Shown here: one piece after another, positions 33,900 through 54,295 of the stretch
Layout of the letters: each line of letters begins with the position of its first letter
Position numbering within the stretch: the stretch's first letter is position 1
Program-made: the position numbers and the translations under genes
NCBI RefSeq assembly: GCF_009914755.1
Contig: NC_060930.1
Direction: 5' to 3' (one strand)
Origin: the human T2T-CHM13v2.0 reference genome, Homo sapiens
DNA: 64,000 nt
Notes under the pieces: model-generated
What the model saw: the letters and a program-made list of their open reading frames with translations, nothing else
Databases searched by the model: none
What the model was told of the DNA's origin: nothing

Positions 33900-34380
33900 A
33901 GTGCAGCATGGTTCTGGGGCCAACAGCAACCTGGGCACTTGTTAGAAAGCTCAGGCCCCTTGATTGGGCGCGGTACCTCAAGCCTGTAATCCCAGCACTT
34001 TGGGAGGCTGAGGCGGGTAGATCACCTAAGGTCAGGAGTTCGAGACCAGTGTTGCCAACATGGTGAAAACCTGTCTCTACTAAAAATACAAAAATTAGCT
34101 GGGCGTGGTGGTGCAGACCTGTAATCCCAGCTACTCAGGAGGCTGAGGCAGGAGAATCGCTTGAACCTGGGAGGTGGAGGTTGCAGTCAGCCTGCATTGC
34201 ACCACGGGACTCTAGCCTGGGCGACAGAGCAAGACTCTGTCTCAAAAAAGACAAAAAGGAAAGAAAAAAAAAGAAATCTCAGGCTCTCAGGCCCCACCTC
34301 AGCCCTCCCAAATCACAACCTACTTTTCAACAGGATTCCCAGGTAATTTATATGCATAGTGAAGTTCGAAAAGCACTGCT
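33900..34380. mobile_element. MER5A-like element interrupted by an Alu
   Basis: cacttgttagaaa...aggccccacc...ttttcaacaggattcccaggtaatttatatgca. Confidence 0.7.
33962..34275 (+). mobile_element. AluS
   Basis: Alu consensus. Confidence 0.92.
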
Positions 34381-34903
34381 CTACTGTATTTAAGTTGGGC
34401 CAAAGGAGTTGTTATAGGGAAATCATTCACTTTTACACGTTCATTTATTTAGTAATTCACTTCCTTGGTAACTACTTATTGGCTACTTACCATGTACCAA
34501 GCACACACCAGGCATTATATTTATACTACAGTTCTTCCGTGAAGCAGCAGGGTTTTTATTATGATGCATAAATAAATAACAGCAATACAAAGCTAGGTTG
34601 GAAAATAAGCCTTGTGAATTAGACTCCTTCCTGGGTGGGCACGAAGAGCCACAAAAGGGCTGACACTTGATTTGGATCTTGACGGTGAGCAGGAGTTCCC
34701 TAGGCAAACAGTAAAGGGAAGGGCAGTTTTGGGGCAGAGAATTCAGCATATGTACGTAAGACATGAACAATGTACTTTGAGAGAAAGGCTGGTGGTTTTG
34801 CAGAGCTGAATGTGGCAAAAGGTGAGGCCAGAAAGGCAGGTTGGGGCCAGATGGTGAAATCCTTATGCATTATGCTAAGAAGGTGGGGCTATGTAGTGTT
34901 TGA

Positions 34904-35168
<265 letters not shown>

Positions 35169-35169
35169 T

Positions 35170-35940
35170 GCATGGGTTCTTAAGCAGAAAGCAACACACT
35201 GTGAATAATGACTTAGGAATTGCATAAGATAGATGGAGAGGGGAAGAGATTAGAGGCCCTGATACGTGTTGGGAGACTTTAGTGGATGGCTAGAGGGTGA
35301 GGTAGTTAGTATGTGACCTAGAGTGTGACAATGGCAATGCAAAGAGATGGAGTAGCCACTGAGTTGGAGGACAAGGGACATAAAATCTAACACAAAATTT
35401 CCAATCTGGAAGTCTGGGAGAGAATCGTGGTAATATAAAAATAGGGAAATCGCAAGGAGGAGCTGGTAGAGAAGGAAGAAAAATCTTCACCTGGGGTTTC
35501 ACTGCATTGTGTTTGAGGTGCGGGAGGTATAGGAGAGACATCCAAACACGTGGAGTCAGGAGGTGAGATTTAGATCTGGAATTCACTGAAGGGGGAGACC
35601 CCGATGTACGTGTTGGGAGTCATCTACCTAGAAAAGACCGGCAAATAAATAAGATGGTTAAAAAAGAGAGAGTGAGATCAAGGATAAAACCTTGGAAAAC
35701 ACTATTATTTCAAGAATGGGGTAAACTAATCAAGGAGACAAGAGATAGGAGAACTAGAAGAATGGAGAGTCTCAAAGCTATAGGGAAAACAGGCTGGCCA
35801 GTGATACCAACTGTAGTAAGCTGTGGTGAATAAGGATTGGACAAAGGCTGTCATCAGCCATGTTTACCATGTTATTAGTAACCTTCCAAGAGCAGTTTCT
35901 GGAGGACTGGAGGCAGATGCAGTTTTACAGAATTAAGGAG
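35170..35940 (-). mobile_element. L2 remnant
   Basis: Purine-rich, diverged L2-like tract (tttagatctggaattc, gttgggagtcatc, gagcagtttctggag). Confidence 0.55.
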
Positions 35941-35951
35941 TAAAATGTTTT

Positions 35952-36296
<345 letters not shown>

Positions 36297-36523
36297 TTAT
36301 TTCTTATGGCTTCAATTTCTGCCTTTTGAAATTTGGGGTATTTGTGAATTTTCATTTTAATCTGTGCTATATCTTCAATAGAATAGGTGAAAAATAGTCA
36401 AATATCTCCAATTTCACACACAGTCATTAAGAGCTATACTGTGAAGCTCTAAGTAAATGTGTTCTATTTAGAACTGTTTTTATTATCTCATAAATACCTT
36501 TGAGTTTTAGTGTCAGTTGATAA

Positions 36524-37364
<841 letters not shown>

Positions 37365-37495
37365 TCAATCAAAATAGTAGTAGCTTTTAAAGCTGCCTAC
37401 TTTAATGGTCAGTATTATTTTATTTACCAGAACTTTTTCATAATCAAGAATTCAAAGCTCTCTAAAATAAGGGCTAGCAAGTTAATATACATTTA

Positions 37496-37626
37496 TTGAA
37501 CCTGCGAGGCGGTTGAACCTGTGAGGCGGAGGCTGCAGTGAGCGTAGATCACACACTGCACTCCTGCACTCCAGCCTGGGTGACAGAGCAAGATTCCATC
37601 TCAAAAAAAAAAAAGAAAGAAAAAAG
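37496..37626 (+). mobile_element. Alu right-arm fragment
   Basis: Alu 3' consensus. Confidence 0.85.
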
Positions 37627-38245
37627 AAGCTTCTCCAACCTCTGCTTATCACCATGCCCACCACAAGCTGGAAGTTATCCTTCCATCCTCAGCGGCTGCA
37701 TAGCACTTCTTATACTCTCCATTTCTTTTGTGTTGCTTAGCATTTCCTACCTTATATGGCAGTTATTTTCTCATTCAGTAACATGTTTATGAAGCACTTA
37801 ACCATGTTTCAGGCACTGTGCCACATTGAAACATGGAATTCCCTCCTAAGAGAGTTCCAAAAACCCTACGAAAGGAGGAAAGACACATTTTGGTTGAGGC
37901 TTGAAGGCTGTTTTCCAGATAGTCAGTTGGGCAAGAGCCTTCCAAACTAGACACGCCCTGAGCAAAGACTCAAAGTCTGGGAGCCAAGTGCCTGCCACGT
38001 CTGGGAACACAGAAGTATCCTCTCTTCCTAAACTATGAGCTCATTGAATGCAGGCTCCATTTCCAGTTCAGCCTGAGATCAGTAGCAGTGACTGGTACCC
38101 TGGTTCTGGGACAGCAGTGACTTGAAAACAGATAGGATTCAAACACATTTGCTAAATCCACTGTATTCATTTGTCATCACAATGAAATTTCCAAAGCGTT
38201 AGTCCATTAACTATAGATCATGTCTGTTTTTCAAAAGCTGCATGA

Positions 38246-38552
<307 letters not shown>

Positions 38553-38793
38553 AAATGTGTCTTTCCTTCTGTCCAGTGATAGGAATGGAATGGACAATGC
38601 ATTTTATTCAGGAACACCCATCAACCGCCCACACCTCCTCTGCTCCTGTCCCTTGTCACCCACTGCCTTTCATTCTCAGTTGGTATAAACTCAGGAAACA
38701 GAAGGTAGTATTAACTTAAGCAAAAACTGTTTTCTTAAAAAGGGAAATGGGGGAAGGTGCAGATTATCTTCTAAAGGTAAAACAAACCCTTCA

Positions 38794-39140
<347 letters not shown>

Positions 39141-39732
39141 TTATTGGTCCAGTCTGCACCCTTGATGCAAACTAAGCATCCCTAAATAAACAAAATGCAT
39201 ATATAATATGGAGCCAAAGGTAACTAATCTTTCTAACAGCTATTGTTTTGCCTTAACCCCCACCTCTACTATCTACTAAGTATAGATAATTGGAGAAAGT
39301 ACAGTCGTTTCTGTATGCCCCTGAAATCTGAAAGAAAAAAACCTGAATTTAGTGGTAGTTCAGACTTAGGCCCTTCTGGCCAAATGAAGTAGCTGTCCAG
39401 CTAATTCAAGCCACATGTCCCTCTTGGTCTTTATATAACTGTTGGGCCTCTTGAGTTTGTTTCTTTGATGAGTATACTCTGCTATCTTTAACCCTGGAAA
39501 GTTTTCCCATGGAAAATTTAATTTTATCTTTCCTTTTTTATGAGAAATTGTATTCTCAAGCTGGCAGACAAGAAGAAAAGACAATCTGGAAATTCCAGAT
39601 TTGATCTAAATGTCAGCAAAGCCAAACTAATAATTATGGCCACATATCAAGGCAATTTATGCAGAATATATGGATCACTTGAGCATATTAGATTGTGTTC
39701 ATTATATTCTTTTTCATTTTTGTTCTCTTTCT

Positions 39733-40124
<392 letters not shown>

Positions 40125-40174
40125 TCACCACCTATGTTTTTAGAAGGGCCACATCTGGGTATACAGGTAGCAGT

Positions 40175-40450
40175 TTGAGTACCCATACAGGCATTCTGTT
40201 TTTGACTTCAGTACACTATTTAATAAATTACCTGAGATATTCAACCCTTTATTGTAAAATAGGCTTGGTGTTAGAAGGTTTTGCCCAACCGTGGACTAAT
40301 GTAAGTGTTCTGAACACGTTTACGTTAGCCTAGGCTAAGCCACGAGGTTCAATAGATTAGGTGTATTAAATGCATATTTGACTATTACAATATTTTCAAC
40401 TTATAATAGGTTTATGGGACGAAACCCCATTATAAGTCAAGGAGCATCTG
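40175..40450 (-). mobile_element. MER47/Tigger5-like DNA transposon remnant
   Basis: Ends in ...aaccccattataagtcaaggagcatctg (reverse complement of the cagatgctcc TIR). Confidence 0.75.
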
Positions 40451-41051
40451 CATAAATTAGAGAAAAACAAACATAAAGACACTAAGTTACTGGTTTACAG
40501 GTACTAATATAGACAGCACATGTTATTCCCAGGCTGTTTTCTGATTTTAAGCTGTTGTTACTTCTCTAAAGCAACTTTGCTTTCTGCTCTGTCTTTTTTT
40601 CATGTACTGCCAAAGCTCAGATCTTTCCAGGTCATCAAAGGAATGACATACAGGGACCACAGGAGGGTGGGAGGAGTGGAGAATCATGAAACCATCAGAA
40701 ATCATCGACGAAACCATGAGATCTGAGTTTTTTGACCTTTCCCCTGGTCTTTGTATCTTGGGATAAGGGTGTTTGGAGCTTTGCCTCTGAAGAAAACGGA
40801 TCCAAATGGGCCCCACAATTCCTTCATATTTGTGGGACTGTCTTTTTATTTTGACTGTATTTAAGTACCGTTAGTACTTTCATGGAAATCTGAAATTCCA
40901 GTAGTGTTCTGTTTTCCCCAAATTGACTTTTTAAAAATTATTAATAAACATATATTTAAAATATTATACAGCACTTCACTGTGGTATTATTAACAATTCT
41001 GTGTTCTTGGAAAGGCCCCCAGAAACTTTGTTTTTATTGACAGAAGTCTCA

Positions 41052-41201
<150 letters not shown>

Positions 41202-41493
41202 TTAATTCCAATAAATGATAAAAATAAGAGAATGGAGACAAAAGTCATAAATTCAATTCAGTTACACTCACATTATACAGGATGATCATCTTTTAGTTTT
41301 ATGTGCACCTTTTTACTTGACTATAGTTGTCTTCTAATAAAAGTGTGCTATAAATATGAATGTAAAATTTGCAAGTTATTATGGAAATTAACAAATTTGG
41401 AAAGGTGTCAGTTTCACTAAGTTATTGATCAATGTACATCTTGCATAAAATAGAAAGAAATTAGTTTTGACATTGAAAATATAAACACACTCT

Positions 41494-41786
41494 GTCTGGG
41501 CGTGGTGGCTCACGCCTGTAATCCCAACACTTTGGGAGGCCAAGGCAGGCGGATCACGAGGTCAGGAGATCGAGACCATCCTGGCTAACATGGTAAAACC
41601 CCATCTCTACTAAAAATACAAAAAACTAGCCGGGCATGGTGGCAGGCGCCTGTAGTCCCAGCTACTCAGGAGGCTGAGGCAGGAGAATGGCGTGAACCTG
41701 GGAGGCGGAGCTTGCAGTGAGCCGAGATCACGCCACTGCACTCCGGCCTGGGCAACAGAGCAAGACTCCGTCTCAAAAAAAAAAAA
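41494..41786 (+). mobile_element. AluY followed by short (AT)n
   Basis: Y-type motifs. Confidence 0.92.
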
Positions 41787-42039
41787 TATATATATATATA
41801 TATATGTATAAACACACCCTACAGTATGAATTTGTGAAGGAAGACCATCTGATTTATGTGTATAAAACATTAGGTCTGTTCTAAAACTGGTAGTTCTTTC
41901 TTTTAATCACTCCCTCCTATTATGCTATATGAGAGGCTTATCATGTTCATGTTTTATGTTCCATATTACACAAGGCCATTTGGGATTCTTTGTCTTTGGA
42001 AAAATTGATAAAGAGTATTTTATTAAAATATTCAGTTGT

Positions 42040-42127
42040 CACTTTGGGAGGCCAAGGTGGGAGGCTCTCTTGAGCCCAGGAGTTCGAGACCAGCTTGGGC
42101 AACATAGTGAGACCAAAAAAAAAAAAA
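42040..42127 (+). mobile_element. Alu left-arm fragment
   Basis: Alu consensus. Confidence 0.8.
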
Positions 42128-42224
42128 GTTCCATTGTAAAGCATTGTTAGTCTCTATAGTTGTAGCATGAAGATGTAAGTGTACTTGTGATTGAAATGGC
42201 TTTGTGATTTTGAAACTGCTTTTA

Positions 42225-42524
42225 GTTTTTGAGACAGGGTCTCTGTCTCCCAGCTAGAGTGCAGTGGTGCCATCATAGCTCACTGCAGCTCAATCTCCCG
42301 GGATCAAGCAATCCTCCCACCTCAGCCTCCCAGCTCCCAGGTAGCTGAGACCACAGGCACATAACCACCACACCCGGCTAATTTTTTTACTTTTAGTAGA
42401 GACAGGATCTCACTATGTTGCCTGTGCTGATCTCTAACTCCTGAGCTCAAGTGGCCCTTCCACCTCAGCCTCCCAAAGTACTGGGATTACTTTACTTTAC
42501 TGGGATGAGCTACTGCACTGGGCC
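42225..42524 (-). mobile_element. AluJ
   Basis: TSD ctgctttta. Confidence 0.88.
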
Positions 42525-42952
42525 TAACCTGCTTTTAAAGTGTATGATTGGAGACCTATAAGTTGTCACTGCTACCTAGAGATCATTAATGGTAAGCCGG
42601 GTGGTTATTGGGCCAGGATAGTTCAGAGATGGGCAGTTAAAGAGAATCTAACTGACAAACAAAAGGGAGTGTGTGTTTGTGTCCATGAAGGACAGTTCGA
42701 GGAGGGGCTCATAAAGGAAGGATGAGGGAGAGGAAATACCCATGAACAGTGCCACGGCATGTCAGCTGTTTCATTTTGTGGCTTTATGTACAATCTTCAC
42801 AAATATGTAAAGACAGGTGGCTCACAACAGTACTACCACTAAGCTAGCTCTGTGGAAGAAACATCTTAACAAAAATTGTTCTGTGAGCAACATAATCCAC
42901 CTGTTCCAAGAGACTGTCAGGTGATATTTTTTTCATTTTTTTGGTCTCCCAC

Positions 42953-43803
<851 letters not shown>

Positions 43804-44268
43804 TTAAAAATGGGTAAGAACACTAATAGGTTGTCTGACCTGTACTTAAAGTTGGAGATCAATGTCGTCTATATACATTCCCCCCATGCTTAAAGCCCTT
43901 CAGCTTCTCCTTTTAGGATAAAGATACCTGCAAATCACCCAGACCGTCCTGAGGAGAGCTGGTCACTTCCACCTTTGCACCCCAGCATCCCTCATGCATG
44001 TGATGTGTGGTTCATATCACACTTCATCTACAATTACTTCTTTGTGCATTTGTCACCTCCACTAGATTATGAGCTTCTTAAAAAACAGAACGTATGCCTG
44101 TTTCCTCATCAAGTACCCCATTCCCAGCAAGGTAGCCCTTGGTAAATGTTTGTTTAGTAGACTGACAAAGCAGCCTTAGTTATTCAATTCACTTTTAATC
44201 CAACTATTAAGAGTTAGATTCTACTCAAACCAAATTCTCTACTACCTCTATTGTTGGGTTTGAAAATC

Positions 44269-44903
<635 letters not shown>

Positions 44904-44915
44904 ACTGGAAGTGTT

Positions 44916-45231
<316 letters not shown>

Positions 45232-45687
45232 GAACTTGGAAGTGTTTTCCCTTTCATAATAAAATCTAAAGTAATAAAGCGATTAGTATTTCAAGAAGTA
45301 ACATTTAATGAAAACAAATTTTGATGTACATTAGTATAGAACTATATTAAATAGAGTATACTTATATATAGTATATGTATCCAAAAAAATCACAAACCTT
45401 CCACACACTGCATATTGGTTTCATTATTTTATAGCTACAGTTCATATATTTAAAAATAGAGGAGGCAGCTGTTCCCAGGACAGCTGAAATTAACTTAGAG
45501 TAAGGGATTTGCAGTACAGTAGCTTTTTAAAAAGTCTTTGTGCCAATTTAAAAAAAGTATATAATTGAATATCTGCTCTCAAAATTAATCTTAATAGACC
45601 TTAAATGCAGCATTTTTCGGCGTTGTGCTGTGTTCTTGCAACAGAAGTGAACTTTTGTACTCTGAATATGGGCATTTAAAATCATAG

Positions 45688-45998
<311 letters not shown>

Positions 45999-47377
45999 TC
46001 ATTTTTTTAAGTTGTAAACCATTGTTACAATGACTCCAATAGAACGTACTTTTTCATTATTCCCAGTCTGAGGCGCTAAGATACTTAAGTGACTCATTTC
46101 ATCAACGTAACAAAGTTGTTTTTTAAAAAAGCATTTGTGTATGGATCACTGCTCCTTAACTAAGGTTAAGTCTGTCTCCCTTCAGGCTCCTAGGCCAGGA
46201 TACCTCCATTCAGTTCTCAACTTCACTTTCCTGTCCATGTGGCTTTGTGCAAGTTACATGACATCAGAATCCTGTAGGTCCTGGAAGCTTTTAGATGTAT
46301 GATTCTACATTGTAGAAATAAAATGAAACTAACTGTTAGGATAAAACATACTATAAAAGAATTTGTTATTAAGAAAAGCCTTCTTTTGAGAAGGACCAGA
46401 AATATTCTGATAATTTACAAGTAAACATCTCTTATTTGGTGTCTTTGTTGAATTCTCCATGTGCAGATCCAACCATATAGCTTGTGTTCATTCTGCAGAG
46501 GCACGAATGCAGTCTGCAGGCTATGGCTGCAGTTTCTCAAGACTGTCACTGGTAAATGGTAGGGAAGAGAACCCTGTCATGTCTTACCCATCTCAGTCAG
46601 GTTCCTGGGCAGGTACTGTTAGTTCAGAGGCTCTTCCTAGCCCTCGTTCTTGGCACCGCCTACACAAGGTTTGCCCATCTGGGAGCGATCCTTTTGTATC
46701 TCTAGACTGATCTAACTCAGATTGTAAAGGATACAAAATCTGCCCTCCGCCCGTGCCCCCTCTCCTGTGGGCTCTGCTGTCCCACAGAGCCTGTTCTCCC
46801 ACAGTTGCCCACTGGGATGGAGAAGTAGTGGATCACTCGATGGGCACCCAAGGCTGCAGGCTCTGATCTGATCCTTTCCTTCTCATCCAGTCTAGACAAC
46901 CTGGTACATTACCTCTGCCATGAGAGTCTAACTTTAAAATGAAATCACCCTGAGGGGTCGTGTTTTTCAATCTCTAGTCTCCAGAAGACAGGTCACAACC
47001 CTATCTCAGAACAACTTGAGCCCTAGACGGAGAGTCAAGATCTGGGTACATGTACCCCCCTACTGCAACCAGTGAGTACGCAGGAAAAATGAACCAGGCA
47101 AGAGGCCAGTTTCTAGAAGCAGGGCACAGAGTCACAACAAAACCAGCATCCAGGGTGACTTAATTGTCAAAGCACAAGACATCTTATATTCCCATAGGAT
47201 CAAGACTGGTTCCAGAGGTGCTGTAGGAGCTCAGTCAACTGCTAAAAGGCACTGGGGGATGGAACAAGGGGTTGTGGAGATAAAAACTGAGCCAGATATT
47301 GCACCACTTCCCAATACTTCTGTCGTATTTATTCTAGCCGGAGGCCCACAGGCTGCGCTACATATGAGTCAAGGTAG

Positions 47378-47706
<329 letters not shown>

Positions 47707-48068
47707 ATGACTTTTTTTTTTTAAGTCCAAATATAGCATAAAAGATTTCCCTGAAGAAGGCTTTAGAATCAAGGAGATATGTGATTCAATAATGTCTTTA
47801 CCATTGACTGGCCATTTAATATTGAATTTAAACAGCCTTTCTGATTTCCTGCCGTATTTTTGTTAAAGAGATATTTCAGTACAGTCCCAGTAATATGGTT
47901 GTCATAATTAAGATTAATTTCAACACATAGGAAAGAATGTTTATTCCCAAATTTGTCTACAGATTGGAATCACCTAGGGAAGGTCCAAAAATACAGATGC
48001 CTATGTTGCTACCTCCTCCACCCACAAGAGTATTTCTGTGACACAGCCTAGTCGTCTTTGGAATTTTT

Positions 48069-48255
48069 GGCCTCCCAAAGTGCTGGGATTACAGGCGTGA
48101 GCCACCACACCCAGCTAATTTTTGTATTTTTAGTAGAGACAGTGTTTCACCATGTTGGCCAGGCTGGTCTTGAACTCCTGACCTCAGGTGATCCACCCAG
48201 CCCAGCCACCCAAAGTGCTGGGACTACATACAGGTGTGAGCCTCCGCGCCCAGCC
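48069..48255 (-). mobile_element. Rearranged Alu (left arm plus partial duplicate) adjoining a MER5-like fragment
   Basis: Alu consensus. Confidence 0.8.
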
Positions 48256-49309
48256 TTCTCTCTGTTTTTTCTTGGGACATCTGAAGACAGTGTCAGGCTG
48301 TGATTCCACTTGTGGCCAGACATAAGAGAATATAGAAAGTTCTCCTGTCATGTGCTGTAATCTCCCACAGAATGAGAAGAGACGGAGGCAAAGATAAGTG
48401 ACTTTGCAAGGGGCAGCTCACGGAGATCCAGTGAAGGGAACATCTAATCAGTTTGATTTCGAGTCCACTGTACGGTAAAGCACCTGAATGCTAATTGAAA
48501 AGTAACCTTGGAAACAAGAGCCCGGTATTGTGCTCTTGCTGGGGCCGATATGGGAATAAGCCAGGACATACAAAGGATTAGACCAAGATGGAGTTTCAAC
48601 TGGTCCTGAGTTCCCTTATTTTTTGGCTTTTATTTTCAACTTTGTAGCATTAAATGCTTTGTCTCGCGTTCCTGGGCCAGCCATCTGAATGTATCAAAGT
48701 TCCAAAAAGTTGAATATGTGGCTTTTTAGTTTCAGTGTCCTTTAATGGCTCTTGGAGAGAGAGTCTCTGAATTCTGAGAGCTAGGGAACCATCTAAATCA
48801 TTTTAAGATTTAGAAGCCAGCATCATCTTCCCTTTACACAAAATAGGACTATAAAGCTGCAGTGTTTCAGATGTTGGGGGAAGGGGCTGTCCCTTCACCG
48901 GCTGTATGAGTTATGATGTGCTTATGAGTAAAAGTAATACTTCGTGGTTCTCAGTGTCTGAGGACTAGAATACTGTTTGATGTCCAAAGCTTATATTATA
49001 CTCTCTTTCTGATTCAGAGCAAATTCTCAAATTTTATCCCAGTAACATAGAAAACATTTCAAATACTGGTGAGAAAAATGGTCAGTCTCAGGAACTGTGA
49101 AATCATTTTCTACTTGACCTAAGAAACCTGATGGAATTAGGCTGCTCTTTCTTAGAAACAAAGACTATTGCAAATTAAATCTTCAGGAGATGAGCCCTCC
49201 AGCCTGCAGGGTTTCTAAAACATGCATTCTGAATAAGACAATTATATTTTATTTTCAGGGTAATTCTACACTTAATAGGAATTATATAAGTGCTTTGAAA
49301 ATAGCGTGT

Positions 49310-49631
49310 TGTGTTGTTTTGTTTTGTTTTGCTTTGAGACAGGGTCTCACTCTCTGTTTTCCAGGCTGGGGTACAGTGGCGTGATCTCAACTCACTGCAA
49401 CCTCTGCCTCCCAGGCTTAGGTGATCCTCCCACCTCAGCCTCCGCAGTAGCTGGGACTACAGGCATGCATCACCATGCTCAGCTAATTTTTTGTATTTTT
49501 TGTAGAGACAGGGTCTCACTTTGTTGCCCAGGCTGGTTTCAAACTCCTGGCTCAAGTGATCCAAGCGATCTACCCTTCTCGGCTTCCCAAAGTGCTAGGA
49601 TTACAGGCATGAGCCACCATGCCCGAGCCAG
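49310..49631 (-). mobile_element. AluJ
   Basis: Alu consensus. Confidence 0.9.
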
Positions 49632-49916
49632 CATGTTTTGTTTTGTTTTGTTTTTAACTGAAAACTACTACAGATTAAGAATCGCTGATTTTGATACTGC
49701 ATAATACTAAATTGTTTATGACAATAAGGATATTCTGTTTTCATTAATATTTGGCACTTACGTAATGTTTTACCTTTCATATTTGATATTGAAAATTGAT
49801 GAGTCCAAGCCACATTTCCATTACTCGCAATTTTTTAAGCTTCGTGACTATTTAATTTGTTTATAGTTCCCTATTATAGGTATACAGTTCTACTTGAGGG
49901 TTCAAAAGTAAAACAG

Positions 49917-50598
<682 letters not shown>

Positions 50599-51401
50599 GC
50601 AAAACTGAACTAAAGCAAGTCTCTCTCTTGTCTATCACGTCTTATTGCCATTTGAATTTGTTAGGCTTTCATACTGAAAACAAAGGTTGTGCTTTACATA
50701 GCAGTGAAAATAAGAATAACCATAGCTCTTGGATCAGGAAGAATCTAATTTTCAGTTGGTTCACTAACAGCCAACATTTGATGAAAAGTCATGTGGATCC
50801 TGGACCCTCATTACCTTCGGGTTTGACAAGCATCCCGGTCACATATGCTCCTTGTTTGGGGGTCAGTTTGCAGCAGGCATATTTGGAAAATCAGGTCCAG
50901 AGAGTTTCTGTATCTCTCTCTTTCACTGCTTAAAAAGGTTCGGAAACATCCAATCACCACTGAATATTTTTACCCTTCCCCACACCCCATTGGTGGTCAC
51001 AGTTTCCAGTGTCTCAAAAGAGCTAATCGTTTTATCAATTGGATCACTTTTTTCTTGTGATTCTAAATTGGCCAAGGCCCAGTGTCATTTAGATCCTGAG
51101 CCTTGGACCTGGACTTGGGAGTATGGCTCGTTTGCCTCTGATTTGGCAGCAGGGCTCATTGCCGCACAGATCCTACTGATGGGGCCACACAGCTAAGTCA
51201 TGTTCCACTTTCCCAAGCTGGAGCTGCCATGGTTCAGATCCTCCCAAACAGACCCATGATGCACAGGTGTGCCCTCTGGGAGCCTTTGCTCAGGCTTCAA
51301 CCCCACTCTCTCATTGGCAGCAGGTTTCGACTCTCTCGGGCAAAATCCCAGCAAGGGCGCAGTCTCAATGCAATGCAATGCCCTGTCTTCTGTCTTCTCA
51401 G

Positions 51402-51591
51402 GGTCCTGTAGCATCCACAGTATCAGCGTTTTCTGTCCTCTCCTCTGGGCCTGGCCTTCCTCCACCCCCTCCTCCTCTGCCTCCTCCAGGGCCACCTCCA
51501 CTTTTCGAGAATGAAGGCAAAAAAGAGGAATCTTCTCCTTCACGCTCAGCTTTATTTGCCCAACTTAACCAGGGAGAAGCAATTACAAAAG
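51402..51591 (+). CDS. CAP2: CAP2 coding exon (exon 8), polyproline tract and start of WH2; GPVASTV...PPPPPPLPPPGPPP...SRSALFAQLNQGEAITK
   Basis: ttctcag| acceptor, G|gtgaga donor; 190 nt, phase 0-1. Confidence 0.97.
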
Positions 51592-51812
51592 GTGAGAGAG
51601 AAAAGAAGACCTTGAAGCTGCCTCCCTTTCCCTCTGGCTCCCAGACACAAAAGAGCCGCTGGAGCCCCAGTGATGGATACATCACTCCATCCCTGCCTCC
51701 AGCATGCAGGGAGAGGGGGAACTGGTGCTGGGAAGACAGGAGCCTGCCATGTTCCTTATGTCCATGCAGACGGGCTCAGGGGGTCACTGTGTAGACCAGA
51801 AAGAAGTATTCA

Positions 51813-52227
<415 letters not shown>

Positions 52228-52602
52228 GTGGCAAACATTAGCTCCTCTGTCCTGAAGCAGTGTACAGGCTTGTCAAAGAATTATATCCCACTATACTGGG
52301 CTTGGAGCTAAGAATCCAAAATTCTAAATTTTTCTCTGGCTCCAACTGGTTCTGCTGTGCCTTGTGAAACTCATTTGCAAAGTAAAGGAATGGATTCGTA
52401 AAGTCAATTCCATATCCTGATATATACTCACTGGAATGCCCTAACCTTTTAGGCTGTGTCTGGAGAATGATTTAGCCGTAAGAGAAGAAGTAAGACATGA
52501 TCCTTTTTCGTGAGGTGGTTTGCTCTTTGCAGAATTTTTATCTATCATTTTATCTCCCAACAGAAGAGGTTCCTCAAATTAAAAAAAAAAAAAAAAATAC
52601 TT

Positions 52603-52924
<322 letters not shown>

Positions 52925-53105
52925 TCAACTCTCAACTTGTACAGGACTCAGCTCCTGCATCCTGACTTGGAGAAAGCACTAGACTGTTTTGAAAGTGGCC
53001 TTACCAAAAGTTCTTGTGCTCTTTATTTACATCATGTTGATCTAGCAAGTTAGAGACATTTCCCTTTGCATAAAATAAATGTGTCCATGTGTGTTGTCCT
53101 CCTAG

Positions 53106-53281
53106 GGCTCCGCCATGTCACAGATGACCAGAAGACATACAAAAATCCCAGCCTGCGGGCTCAAGGAGGGCAAACTCAATCTCCCACCAAAAGTCACACT
53201 CCAAGTCCCACATCTCCTAAATCTTATCCTTCTCAAAAACATGCCCCAGTGTTGGAGTTGGAAGGAAAGAAATGGAGAGTG
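53106..53281 (+). CDS. CAP2: CAP2 coding exon (exon 9); (G)LRHVTDDQKTYKNP...LELEGKKWRV
   Basis: cctag| acceptor, |gtaagt donor; 176 nt, phase 1-0; WH2 LRHV motif. Confidence 0.97.
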
Positions 53282-53351
53282 GTAAGTGAAGCATTTTAAC
53301 CTTTATTTTCCTGACATGCGCCAATGAAAGGACCAACAGCCAAACCATTTA

Positions 53352-53920
<569 letters not shown>

Positions 53921-54044
53921 ACCAAGGTGAAGTGACAGAGGCAAAAACCACTGGCTAGAGTAGAAACCAGGGTGTTTCTGAATGCTTCCATAAACTTTAT
54001 TTTCACAGGTTCTCATGCATTCTTTTCTTCAACTTTTTAAATTA

Positions 54045-54295
54045 TTTTGTGAGTGGTGGTAAAATAGACGTAGCATAAAATGGACTGTTCACCATGTTTA
54101 ACTGTCCAGCTCAGTGGCATTAAGTCTGTTCATATGGTTGTGCTGCCATCACCACCACCCACTACAGAACTCTTTTCATCTTGCAGAACCAAAAATCTGT
54201 ACCCTTAACCAATAGCTCCCTGTTTCTCCCCCTGCACCCCTCCCAGCCCCTGGCAATTACCATTCTACTTTCTGTCTCTATGAATTTAGCTATTC
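54045..54295 (-). mobile_element. L1MB-like 3' fragment
   Basis: cagtggcattaagt...cagcccctggcaattaccattctactttctgtctctatgaattt. Confidence 0.75.

Noticed and set aside
51267-51794. 175-aa ORF around the polyproline exon
   Set aside because: It is CAP2 exon 8 plus chance-open intronic flanks.
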